Shown piece by piece: positions 22,413 through 34,464 of a DNA stretch of 64,000 nt. Numbering within the stretch: the first letter of the stretch is position 1; each line of letters begins with the position of its first letter. Origin of the DNA: Octopus sinensis (taxonomy: Eukaryota). Position numbers and translations under genes: made by a program. The notes beneath the pieces are model-generated. The model worked only from the letters and a program-made list of their open reading frames with translations, was not told the origin of the DNA and made no database searches. The stretch covers positions 83,204,001 to 83,268,000 of the forward strand of contig NC_042997.1 of assembly GCF_006345805.1 (NCBI RefSeq). The letters run 5' to 3'.

Positions 22413-22537
22413 ATCTCTGACGAGGCCTATGGAAATATATAAGTACCTTATTTTTAACTGCCTACAACCTCATTGAATTGACTTGTATGAGCACAACAAA
22501 ATACTTTTTCCAAAGGCTGAAACAGCTGTAAGTGATT
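22413..22537 (+). ncRNA. Type I hammerhead with long stem II insert; stem I disrupted
   Basis: ATCT-CTGACGA-GGCCT...AGGCT-GAAA-CAGCTG-TA-AG(TG)ATT. Confidence 0.6.
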
Positions 22538-22728
22538 TTAATGATTTCAATAATCTCTATTAAGTTTTTTTTTAATTGTATTCTTATCTTATATGTATTG
22601 AATTTTAATGTATAAATGTATGTTATTATGGTTCTCGTTTTGTTAAATAAATAAGTCAACATTCTAATATCCTAAAGCTGATAAACCAACAAAATCGTTT
22701 TTACATTTTCTTGTTTGTAATATATATA

Positions 22729-22764
<36 letters not shown>

Positions 22765-22857
22765 TGTATGTATGTATGTATGTATGTATGTATGTATGCA
22801 TGTATGTATATGTATATATGTATGTATGTATGTATGTACGTATGTATATCTTTTATG

Positions 22858-23185
22858 TTTTACTTATTTCAGTCATTTGACTGCAGCCATGTTGGGGCAC
22901 CGCCTTGAAAGATTTTTAATCGTATGTATCGACCCCCTAGTACCTATTTTCTGTTCTTTTAAACTTGATGCTTATTATATTGGTCTGTTTTGCCGAACCG
23001 CTAAGTTACGGGAACGTAAACACACCACCACCGGTAATCAAGCGGTGGTAATGGGGAAAAACACGAACACAAAGACACTCACATATATACGACGGGCGTC
23101 TTTCGGTTTCCGTCTACTAAATCTTCTCACAAGGCTTTGGTTGGCTTGACGCTATAGCAGAAGACACTCGCCCCGGGTGCCATGA
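22858..23185 (-). mobile_element. Family B SINE, 5'-truncated
   Basis: Tail and body match other family B copies; the head is missing next to the pogo remnant. Confidence 0.8.
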
Positions 23186-23189
23186 ATTT

Positions 23190-24480
23190 ATCACCCACTG
23201 GCAAACAGTCTTAAGTTCACAGCCTTTGTCATTTCCTTGTCATCATTAATCATCCATTCATTTCACTTGGCTGAAGCACAGATGTACATCCACCTGGAAT
23301 CATAGCTTGGTAGATGCTCCTTTAAACTATTTTTTATGCTGTCTATCAGATGAACCCTGAACATATCCCATGCAAGAAGCGACTTTGAATTAAGCATAGC
23401 CTCTGGACGCTTGAACCAGTTTGTCTATGCAGTTTCATCCACCCACCTTTTCTCCTGAAGATACACCACTCTGCCCTTCGGAAACTTTACTTTCGGGAAA
23501 GTCTTTCTTTTGAAAACAACAGCCAGATTATATTTCGTACCGTCAGCCATACAAGTCAAAACTGCGGTGAAGTGGGCCTTGTCACTCTCCGTAGTTTTAA
23601 CCGAAATTGTGTTTTTCTCTTTAACGTCGATTGTCCGAGTTTCAACCATATCGAAAAAAAAGAGGCGTCTCGTCCATATCATCGATTGCTTCCAAAGCAA
23701 ACTTGTGGCTCTTTCGTAGGTCCATTACATACTGATGGAAGAAATCAACTTTGCTCTCTACGTTGGCGGGTAATTTCTGTGTGATGTGAATCTTGTCCCA
23801 GCGTAAGATTGTGGCGTTTCATAAACCTCGTACACCAGCCAGGGGGTGCGTTATAGTCGGATATACCATGTTCCTTAGTCACTTGGAGATCCCGCAATCT
23901 AAAGTTGTTTCTCATGACAAGTCCATTCGTGCGTGGTTCAGTCATCCAGTCTCCCAAAATAATCTCCATCTCCTCATTGGGACTCATTCGTATCCTAATT
24001 TTCTTTAACGATTTGATGTCAACGGATTTCATTTTCTCTCCTTTCAAACGCCAATCCCTGACCATTTTTTCTGAGACCCCAAATTCTCTTTCTGCAGCTC
24101 GATTCAAATGCTACTTCGCATATTCAAACAACTTTCAGCTTGAAAGTGATATCATACGAATTCCTCTTTCTTTTAAAGAAAGACAGGTACTGTACAAAAG
24201 CAAACAAGCATTAAACTCCCTTTTTAAAAATTAATTGTTTATTTCATACTAACAGAAGTAAAGAAATACATAAAGAAATGCCTCAAGATCGTTTTCCGTG
24301 TACTTCTCGGCTTCAGAATTAGCGATTCGGGTTTTTTCGGTTATTCCAAGTGTGGGAACTTCAGACGTGGCTTGTACCTAGAAAATATCTGAAGATTTTT
24401 TTTATAGGCTGTGCTTATAAGTCGCACCCTCAATTTTAGGTGAAAATTTCAAGGATAAAAAGTGCGACTTATAGCCGACT
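23190..24480 (-). mobile_element. pogo (POGK-like) DNA transposon remnant, decayed transposase
   Basis: NRAAEREFGVSEKMVRDWR and GWCTRFMKRHNL (CENP-B-type HTH); VKTT..DKAHFTAVLTCMADGTK...VVFKRKT.PK...QEKRWVDE (DDE_1). One terminus with TATAAGTCGCAC subterminal inverted motifs at about 24410-24480. Confidence 0.85.
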
Positions 24481-24719
24481 ATATACATAAGGATAAGCAT
24501 ATCAAAAGGGATCAGTGAGAAAACTCATTTAAATAAAATGGTTGGGAACCACTGTGAAAAGGTTGGGAACCACTGAACTAAACCCGCTAAGGTGGTGCTC
24601 CAGCATAGCCGCAGTTCAATGACTAAAACAAGTAAAAGAGTAAAAGGAAAATATTGCGAGCCACGGCAGGCAAAAAGGGTGAGGCAAAACTGATTTTGCT
24701 TAAGCCTCTAGCGTTCGGT

Positions 24720-25110
24720 GGAGGCGTGTGACTTAGTGGATAGGGTGTTGAATTCATGATCTTAAGTTTGTGGTTTCAATTCTTAGACTAGGCAACGTGT
24801 TATCTTCTTAAGCAAAACGCTTCATTTCACATTTCTCCAGTCCACTCAGCTAGCAAAAATAAATAGTCCTGAGGTGGACAGGCGTCCCGTCCAAGTGGGG
24901 AATTTATATACCATGGGAACCGACCCTTATGAGTCGGTATGACTCGAGTAGGTAACTTTACCCTTTTGTAGAGGCACGTGGTTTAGTGGTTAGTGTGTTG
25001 GACTCATGATTGTAAGATTGTGTTTTCGATTCCTAGACCGAGTGACGCGTTGTGCTCTTGAGCAAAACACTCAGCTGGTAAAAATAAGTCCCATCCAGGC
25101 GCGAAATATA
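24720..25110 (+). mobile_element. Two tRNA-derived SINE copies, family C (a tail fragment also lies at about 16560-16690, minus strand)
   Basis: GAGGCG.GTGG.TTAGTGG.TAG.GTGTTG.A.TCATGAT head with GGTTTC.ATTC box B; tail GTGGGGAATTTATAT.CCATG...CTTATGAGTC. Confidence 0.7.
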
Positions 25111-25867
25111 TATGCCATGGGAAACCAGCCCTTTATCTTTACCTTTGCTTTAGCCTTCAGATTATTCCTTCAAATGTTACGTTTATTTATTCACATGGCT
25201 TTTAATTTGTCATGCATTATCTCATAGCTTTGAGATTTTAATGGTGTCATTGTTTAGTTTACAATGACATTGTAGGGTTAGTGTGAGAGGCCTGCTCTGT
25301 CCAGTTTGAACATAGAACAGGAAGAATATTTGGGTCTGACATATCCGATTTGAATACTGAAGAGTTAGAAGTCAACCCTGCTCGAGCAGATTCGTCATCA
25401 AACGTGTTTCAGAGATGACCATCCCATCTTCTATGACTATCTATGACATCATTGTGACACTTATTGTTCTTTTTATTAAAAACGGCTGCGTTCCATTTCA
25501 AGGAGATTTGGCTGGCATTTCTTGCAGATGGGTGAGCGCGTAGACTCATGCATTCGTTGGACATACGCTAACTTATATGTGTGTATTTATGAATGTTAGC
25601 ATCTGTTTAGATGATTGCTTAAACACACACACACACACATACAAACACATACGCACACTCACACACGTACACCCACATACATACATACACATGCATACAC
25701 ACACGTACAAACACATGCGCGCACACACACAGATATACAACTTGTGCATATGTAAGCTTAAACAGATATACAAACAAGTATACACACAAACATATACATA
25801 CGGATACACACATATGTCTATGTATTTATATATATATATGTATATATCTGTGTATGTATGTGTGTGG

Positions 25868-25917
<50 letters not shown>

Positions 25918-25937
25918 CGTGTGTGTGTGTGTGTGTA

Positions 25938-25973
<36 letters not shown>

Positions 25974-26734
25974 TAGTGAAGCTTGCAAGCATGAAGTGGA
26001 TTCGATCCACCGTAGCCAAATTTAAATTAACAGTTCAACAGAACTTTTCTCACGGTAAAACAATAGTTTTTCTGTGACAGCAGTTTTACATTTGCCAGAT
26101 TGCCTTAGCTAGGCCGAAATAATGTCTTCACCACTTAAATCTTTCTGACCTCTTCTATTTCACCATAAGCTAGAATTAGTTATAAAAGCAAGAATCCCAA
26201 GCAAAAGTCAGTTAGTCACTTGGTGACAACTGAGTTAGTCGGCTTGTAGCAACTCAATCAGTTAGTTAATCAATGACAAACTCGAGTCAGAGACAGCTAC
26301 CATCAGTGAGGGAGCAGAACTCTAGAATCATGATCCACAGCAAGGCATCTACTAAAGACAATGGTCAAATGGAGAAATGAAATTTACTGTCAGCAGCTAT
26401 GAGACCCAACTTCCCACACTCTCTCACGTTCAATAACTCACTTTGTCTTCTCTGCACATTACCATGTATCTCTCTATGGTTTACTACTACAATACGAACA
26501 CACAGGCCGAAATTAAATTTTTTTAGCTCGCACGTTCTAGGATTTTATCACCTGCCCGTCGATGTAACGGTAAATAATATTTTCTTCACAACTTCAATCA
26601 CTGTTCTTTCATCTTTACATAATGGCTATCAACGAAGAACCACTCCTTTCAAACAAATTACACCCATCCTGCTGTGTATCAACAATTGTTTATCATATTA
26701 TTGTTTACTAATTAATATAATCCGTTTCTGCTTT

Positions 26735-27042
26735 TTCTACTGTTTTTTCTTCATTTGTATTGCTTTTACGTCCTGTTCTTGTCACTTTTTTTACCCCTCT
26801 GCAAAAGAATTTTATTTAATTCCTTTTGCAGGAAGGACTATTTCGGCCGGGTCGTGTTCTGCCCTTACCTTCGAAACACGCATTGAGTCGAACCAGGGGC
26901 AGCTGATGAAGGGGAATTTTCCTTGTATTGTTTGTCCTGTACTCTGTTTTTTCGTTGTTAAAAAAAGTCCGTTTCCTTGTTTGATTTTATGTTTTCGTTT
27001 CTCGTTGTGTTCTACGTTTATTTGTGGTGTCCTGTACTCATA
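26735..27042 (+). mobile_element. Short non-autonomous element, copy 2 of 3
   Basis: Homologous to 6497-6745 and 33735-34088. Confidence 0.75.
26838..26914 (+). ncRNA. Non-circularly permuted hammerhead ribozyme candidate, copy 2 (all stems intact)
   Basis: CGTG-T-T-CTGCCC (26853-26864) / CCTTC-GAAA-CACG (26868-26880) / GGGCAG-CTGATGA-A-GGGG (26897-26914). Confidence 0.7.
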
Positions 27043-27131
27043 TATGCATGTACATATACATATAGATGTAAGTATGTACATATATGTATGTATATATGCA
27101 TATGTTTTATTTCTTATTATTATATAATATA

Positions 27132-27164
<33 letters not shown>

Positions 27165-27517
27165 AACAAATCAAATTGCGATAAAATAAAATAATTATAA
27201 TCGCTGGTATTACTAACACAAGCCATATTTTTTCATATATCAGTACATAAGGCGAAATATGTGCTAGGAATACAGAAGCTTGATAAATTAAGTGAAATGA
27301 AGATAAAAACATTTACTAACCGGTAAATTCTCAGACTGCAGTTTCTTTCTTTTCAGCAATAAAGATAATTTATTTGCCCAGGGAGAATTATATATATATA
27401 TAAGAGAGTAAAAGTTAATATTATCAAATAATATCAATTTCAGCCGGTGGTCAGTATACTTAAAAAACGTTCAAGGATCGTGAATTCTATTTTAATATAA
27501 ACAAAACGAGAAAACAC

Positions 27518-27933
27518 TATGTGGATCCCTTGTATGCTAAAAACAGACGTCAAACCGTCTTACCACAATGTTTTCAAATTATCAAAACGCTAGATGTTTA
27601 CGAGCTAGACAAAATGAAAGAAATAAACATAGCACTTAATTCCATACATTAAGATTTCGACATGAACAATTTAATAATTGTCCGAGCCTGGGTCGTATCC
27701 TTTCATGGAGACGGGTGGTGTCTCCATTGTTGTGTCAGTACCGATTTCACTGAGGAGACACAGACAATTATTGAATTGTTCATGTCGAAATGTTAAGGTA
27801 TGGAATTAAGTGCTATGTTTATTTCTTTTCATTTGTCTAGCTCGTAAACATCTAGCGTCTGACTAATTTGAGAACACAAATTTCGTGGTAAGACGGTTTG
27901 ACGTCTATTTTTAGCATACAGAGGATCCATATA
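27518..27933. repeat. Imperfect fold-back (arms about 165 bp, 80-nt spacer)
   Basis: GGATCCC.TGTATGCTAAAAA.AGACGTCAAACCGTCTTACCAC...AATTGTC is mirrored at 27763-27933. Confidence 0.85.
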
Positions 27934-28788
27934 TATGAGGATTAATCAAATCCGAAAGCATCAATGATCTAAAGCTATCTCCCTTGTCAGTTATTAGATA
28001 AGTGCTTGCTCGCGGCAAGCACTTATCTAATACGAAATACGAAAACATGGAATACGAATTTTTTTGCGAACAACGAAAGAAAAAAATGGAAAAGAAGACA
28101 AGCAACATAAAGAACGACTCTGCATCAATTGTCGGCTGTTTTTTACTCTGTATTTCGATTCAAAGTTGATAACAAAAACAGGACAGTGAAACAAACAGGG
28201 AGGGCAGCTAAGACTAAACGAGGTGAGTTGGCGAACACTGGAGGAACAAGCTCTGACAGGAGACAGACAAGAATGCGTCTGATCCCTGCAGCTGTTTAGA
28301 AGGAAAGAAAGAAACTCAAGTTAGAAAAGGAAAGATGGCCGATGGTCACATGCGAGCGACGAGAGACAAAGGAAGAAGAGCGAGGGAGAGAGAGGGATAG
28401 ACAAAGAACGGCCAAGGGGGAGGAAAAGAGAAAGAGAAATAGAAAGAGACAGACATACAACAATAAGGGTCGCATTAAAATTAAGATAATACTTACTTGC
28501 AAATGGATGTGTGGCGTTCAATCATATAATAATATAGATAATATATATATATATATACAAGATAAGAAAATGGAGAAATATATATAAATCAAATATCAAT
28601 TACCAGATAATACTCAATCACATACTTTATTAAACCACCACATAAGAGACTGTAGGGTTAAATATAAAAAGCAGAACAAATCAGTGTACATAAAAAAGTG
28701 TACATAAAAGAGTAATGTTGTATAATAAGTAGAATATATATAAAAGAGAATATAAATACAAGTAAATATAAATATAAGTATAAATTAG

Positions 28789-28914
28789 ATCTTACAGCTG
28801 TTTCGGCCATGTCGATAAGTATGTCTCATTTTACAATATTAGCCCTTTATGGTTGGTCAATATATAGATATAAATGAGACATTTACAAAAATATCGCAAG
28901 GCCTCTTCAGAGAT
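28789..28914 (-). ncRNA. Type I hammerhead, intact core, about 100-nt largely paired stem II, palindromic stem III
   Basis: ATCT-CTGAAGA-GGCC...ATGTCTCATTT/AAATGAGACAT...GGCC-GAAA-CAGCTG-TA-AGAT. Confidence 0.75.
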
Positions 28915-29956
28915 TATGTAATATAACTCAGTCTACATATATACCCACATGGGTGTGGGTGCGTACCCACAATACAACATATATATATATACATATGAGT
29001 GCATATACTCACACTCCTATACATATAAAAATATACATTTACATAATGATATAAATAAATAATATAAATTAGTAAACATATATGTGTGTTCCACACTCAA
29101 TGTCTCAGTTTTACGACTTAATATTGTGATAATAAACATGCACAAATTAATACCTAGATGCAAATATACATAGTCAATAGTACATTATATTACTTCATAA
29201 TAATTTCTAAAGTGTCATTAAAGTTAGCATCATTATCTTTGTCAATACCATTAATGTTATCATTATTATCATTCATAATATTATTAATAACTCTTACATT
29301 ATGATCCAGAGCGGAATATATGTATGTCCGTGTTCCAGTTAATAATTTTCCTTATGGCATAAATACACTATTGGATTTGAATACATACATATATGTACGT
29401 ACTTACATATATATGTATATACATATGCATATATATGCACAGGACGTCACAGAACGTAAACAACATGAAATACGAAATCATGGAATACGAACTTTTTTTG
29501 CGAACAACGAAAGAAACAAATGGAAAACAAGACAAGCAACATAAAGAACGACCAAAGTGTATGTGTCTAATTTTGTGTGTATATAAATGTATATATATGT
29601 ATGTGTGCGCGTATGTGCCTGTATGTATGCATGTATGTACGTATGTATGTATAAACGTATGTATGTACGTATGTATGTATGTATGTATGTATGTATGTAT
29701 GTATGTATGTATGTATGTATGTATGTATTACTTTCAGATGATCACAAAATATGCTGCTCCTGTTAATTTTATTTAACATATATCTTCGCACTTCACAGAT
29801 CTATACGGTCTTATATACCTGCAAAGAGTTCTACAGGTTGCTTGGTTTATATATGTTTGCATGTATGTATGTATGTATGTATGTATGTATGTATGTATGT
29901 ATGTATGCTTGTATGCATATATATATATATATATATTGTTGCATTTCGAGGCGGTC

Positions 29957-30449
29957 ATTTTTTTTACCATATAAACACACGCACAATATATTTTTTCTCA
30001 TTTATTACTGTTCTTATTTTATCATTTTACCTCATGTCCATTGTCCAGAAATTTTTCGTCACACAACTGTGACCTCTTCAGCGATACTTTTCGTTTTCGT
30101 ATGCGCTCTTGCTCCACTTACTCCATTCTGTTCTTCAAAGATGTTTATCCTTAAGTGCGCGTGCGTTTGTGACCTTGTTGCTGTATGTGTGTGTGTTTGT
30201 GTGTGTGTGCGCGGGCGCGCTCATGTGTATGTGTGCATGTATTCTTGTGTGTGTGTCTTGGAAAAGCCAAATGGAATAAGTGGAGCACGAACACATCCGA
30301 AAACGAAAAGTGCCGCTGAAGAGGTCACAGATGTTTGACGTAAAATTTCCGGACAATGGACATGAGTTAAAATAATAAAATAAGAAGAGTAATAAACGAG
30401 TGAAGAAAAAATATTTATAGTGGTGTGTTTATTTGGCCCAAAAAAAATG
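29957..30449. repeat. Diverged fold-back with two outward-facing minimal HHR remnants (30045-30084 minus, 30313-30352 plus)
   Basis: Arms 29957-30127 and 30270-30449. Consensus CCG-CTGAAGA-G-GTCACA...TGTGAC-GAAA-AATT-TC-CGG; each copy carries a different lesion. Confidence 0.7.
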
Positions 30450-30512
30450 AACATCACGAAATACAACAATATCTGTTTCAACACACGACTTCACATCAGG
30501 AATCTTGCAAAA

Positions 30513-30630
<118 letters not shown>

Positions 30631-30708
30631 GGTGTGTGTTGCGTGTGTGTATAGGTGTGTGCATATATATATGTACATATATATATATATATATATACAT
30701 ACATGTAT

Positions 30709-30756
<48 letters not shown>

Positions 30757-31855
30757 GAGTGCATGTGTGCATCCATATTTTTTATGTTTGTATGGGGGTA
30801 AAGATTTGTTTGGATATTTGACTTACTGTGCATATATACGCTCGAAAGTGTGTATATAATATATACAAATAAACGTGTATGTGTGAGTCTGTGCGCGCGC
30901 ACACACGTGTCTAATATATCCCCCCCCCCACTACATACATATATGTGTTTAATTTTATTTCTCGTCTATTATTTACTTATTTATTTTGCTCCATATCTCT
31001 GACACTGAAATTTTTACTGCGATCGTCAGAGTTCTTGTATATAAGTATATATATATATATATATATAAATGTATGTATGTATGTATGTATGTATGTATGT
31101 ATGTATGTATGTATGTATGTATGTATGTATGTATGTATGTACATGTATGTATATTGCTGTTATCATTTCGTGAAGTTGACATCTTCAAAAGCAATAGAGG
31201 CCCCGGCAAACTTAAATAAGTTACTTCCCTTGGATCACTCCTTATTAGGGCATGTGAATTCATTCTTTACTTTTTTTTTTTTTCTCTTGATTGTGGTATT
31301 TTTACGAATTTCATTTTGAATATTATTGAGATTTTAAGCTTATTTATTTACAGATCAGATAACTCTACCGTCTTATTGGGTTTCCTACTAATATCTTCCA
31401 CCTAGTATAACCCAACTGAATTGCTGTTTATACAGCTTAACCTTTTATATTTAACTTGTTTCACTTATTTGACTGCGACCATGCTGGGGCACCGACTTGG
31501 AGAGTTTTAGAAGAACAAATTAATCCCAGTACTTGTTTTTTTCTCAAGTTTGGTGTTCATCTGTTCGGTCATGAATGACCATAGGATTGCACCTAGAAAG
31601 TTACCCTCCGAGATACAAGTCCGAGCTGCATCATCCTTTTGCAGAAACAGCTTAACCTAATGAAGTTCATAAGATAATCACTTATTCCTTTGTCATCACT
31701 CTTTCTATTTACCACGCTATACTCAGCTAACACTTCCTTCTGAAATATGCAAATTAAGTTCGACATTAGATTATTGGTCCCGTAAAGCCTAAGCGAAACA
31801 CACACACATACACATCACACACACACACATGCACACACAGACACACATATATATA

Positions 31856-32146
31856 TCTTTATATATAAAGTGAAGTTGTGTCTGTCTCCTACGATTTAGA
31901 TTCCTAACTACTCCCACATTTTGCGGTGCAGTTTAACAAAACCGGGTATTCTTATAGTCGTGATTCATATCGAGCCCTTCTGGGTATTAGCGCGGGTCTA
32001 CGATGAGTTACGATTTAAAAAAAATTTACATCATTTCTTCCATTTTAATGCATTTTATTCGCCTATTATATAAGGGAAGTAACTCTCTAAAAATGCTTAT
32101 ATAGTTATTTCCTTACAAACCGAGTAACGCCGGGCGATACTGCTAG
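31856..32146 (+). mobile_element. Non-autonomous Helitron
   Basis: 5' TCTTTATATATAAAG, 3' GC-rich hairpin CCGAGTAACGCCGGG followed by CTAG, inserted between A and T. Confidence 0.75.
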
Positions 32147-32249
32147 TATATATATAAATAGATAAACGTATTTTTCCCTTGTTAAACTCCATTTATTTAT
32201 TTATATATATATAAATGTATGTATGTATGAATGTGTTTGTATACATATA

Positions 32250-32280
<31 letters not shown>

Positions 32281-32551
32281 ATATGGGGAAAGCCGGTTTA
32301 TGGTATTATCTTATGTTTCCCGTCTGTAAAGAGTTTAGTTTTATGGCGTATCGTCAGATTTCAAAACCTGTTGGTCCAACACCTCTTAAAAATTAGTCTG
32401 CTTCTTTCGATTTTATGTTTCTTACAGACGGTATACATACATACATACATACATACATACATACATACATACATACATACATACATACATACATACACAC
32501 ACACATACATACATACATACATACATACATACATACATACATACATACTAC

Positions 32552-32621
<70 letters not shown>

Positions 32622-33031
32622 TTCTTGGTTCGGCTACTGTCTGTGCAACACCTATATACCTTCCTGTGCCTGTGAAATCTTGTATCTCTGCCGTAAGGCT
32701 TTACTTTTATACTCACCAGCTTAATTTAATTCTTCCTTAGTCGAAAGACACCTATTGTTATGTCCTGTTATTTGTAATTGTGTAACATTGTTCTTTTTTT
32801 CCGTCGTTGTTCTCGTATACATTCGCTGCTTTCTTCCAAGGAATCTAATGCTCTTAGCTTAGTTTTTGCTTGGGGCTGGCCAGATTGGAGCAATCTCGAG
32901 TATAACCAGTCGAAATTGCAAAGATAATCTCGAACTCTACTGAGGAAAGAAATCTCCGAATGACCCGTCCTTGTTTTCTTTGTATGGTCTATCTGGATGT
33001 TTTGCGTTCTTGTCCAATTTTTTGTATACAT

Positions 33032-33076
<45 letters not shown>

Positions 33077-33126
33077 TATATATATATAATATATAATATA
33101 TATATATCGTAAATATATGTATATGC

Positions 33127-33162
<36 letters not shown>

Positions 33163-33734
33163 ATAAACTATTGGAGGAAACGAAACGAAACGACGCGAGG
33201 GCGCTCAGTCACACAATAGTGTAATAAATAAAATATATACATACATACATACATATATGTACGTACCTACATCTACATGTATATATACATGCATATATAA
33301 ATATATATACGTGAGTACAGGACACCACAAATAGACGTAGAACTCAACGAGAAACGAAACGTAAATATTTTATTTATTACACTATTGTATGACTGAGCGT
33401 CCTCGCGTCGTTTCGTTTCGTTTCCTCCAAGTAAGTTTTTATATATAATTATGACGCGAAACTCTATAACCCTTTGCTTGACTTTCCCTTCCTTCTTTGT
33501 CTTCCTCTCTCTCTCTCTCTCTCTCTCACTCCTCCTCATCTCTCACACAGCCGCTTGTCTTCCTCTATCTCTCTCTCTCTCACTCCTCCGCATCTCTCTC
33601 ACAGCCGGGCGACTACTTCCTTTCGTTTGCGGCCTCCTAACAGTGAACACGCTTTCCTCCAGCGCTCTTAAGAATCTTTCCTCGTCTTGGCCTAAAGGCC
33701 CTTATTGTTTGTTTTTTGTTTGTTTTTATTTCTT

Positions 33735-34088
33735 GTACTGTATTTTTTTGTCATTGTATTTTTATTTTGTATTTTATTTTGTAATTTTATTTGTATCGTT
33801 TTTACGTCCTGTTTTTGTCACATTTTTTTCTTTCCTTGTTTTTACCCCTCTGCGAAGGAATTTTATTTAATTCTTTCGCAGGAAGGGTTAGTTCGACGAG
33901 TCGTGTTCTGTCCTCACCTTCGAAACACGCATGGAGTCGTACTAGGGACAGCTGATGAAGGGGAATTTTCCTTGTGTTGTTTGTCTTGTACTCTGTGTTT
34001 TCGTTGTTAAAAAATTGGTCCGTTTCCATGTTTGTTTTTACGTTTTCGTTTCTCGTTGAGTTCTACGTCTATTTGTGGTGTCCTGTAC
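33735..34088 (+). mobile_element. Short non-autonomous element, copy 3 of 3 (an inverted 3'-tail fragment also lies at about 33310-33362)
   Basis: Homologous to copies 1 and 2; upstream hairpin CTGCGAAGGAATT/AATTCTTTCGCAG. Confidence 0.75.
33888..33963 (+). ncRNA. Non-circularly permuted hammerhead ribozyme candidate, copy 3 (all stems intact)
   Basis: CGTG-T-T-CTGTCC (33902-33913) / CCTTC-GAAA-CACG (33917-33929) / GGACAG-CTGATGA-A-GGGG (33946-33963). Confidence 0.7.
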
Positions 34089-34144
34089 ACACGTATATAT
34101 ATTTATATATGCATGTATATATACATGTAGATGTAGGTACGTAC

Positions 34145-34177
<33 letters not shown>

Positions 34178-34464
34178 TGTATGTATGTATGTATGTATGC
34201 ATATATTTTATTTATTACACTATATATATATATATATATATATATAAGTGTGTGTGTATGTGTGTGTGTGTGTATATACATACGTATATATATTTATACA
34301 CGACGAGCTTCAGCGCAGTTTCCCTCAACTACATTCACCAACAAGGCACTGATTGGCCAGGAGCTATAGGGAAATACGTTTGCCCAAGATTCTGTGCAGT
34401 GGGAAATTGAAACGAAAGCGAGATTCTTAATCACACACCCATGCCTGCATCCATATACATTTTT

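Noticed and set aside
26399-27312. 242-aa and 166-aa ORFs
   Set aside because: They run through low-complexity T-rich sequence, the non-coding HHR element and microsatellites; no protein motifs.
32685-32760. CTGCCGTAAGGCT...AGTCGAAAGACACCTA as an HHR
   Set aside because: The core is too altered and there is no stem I or III.
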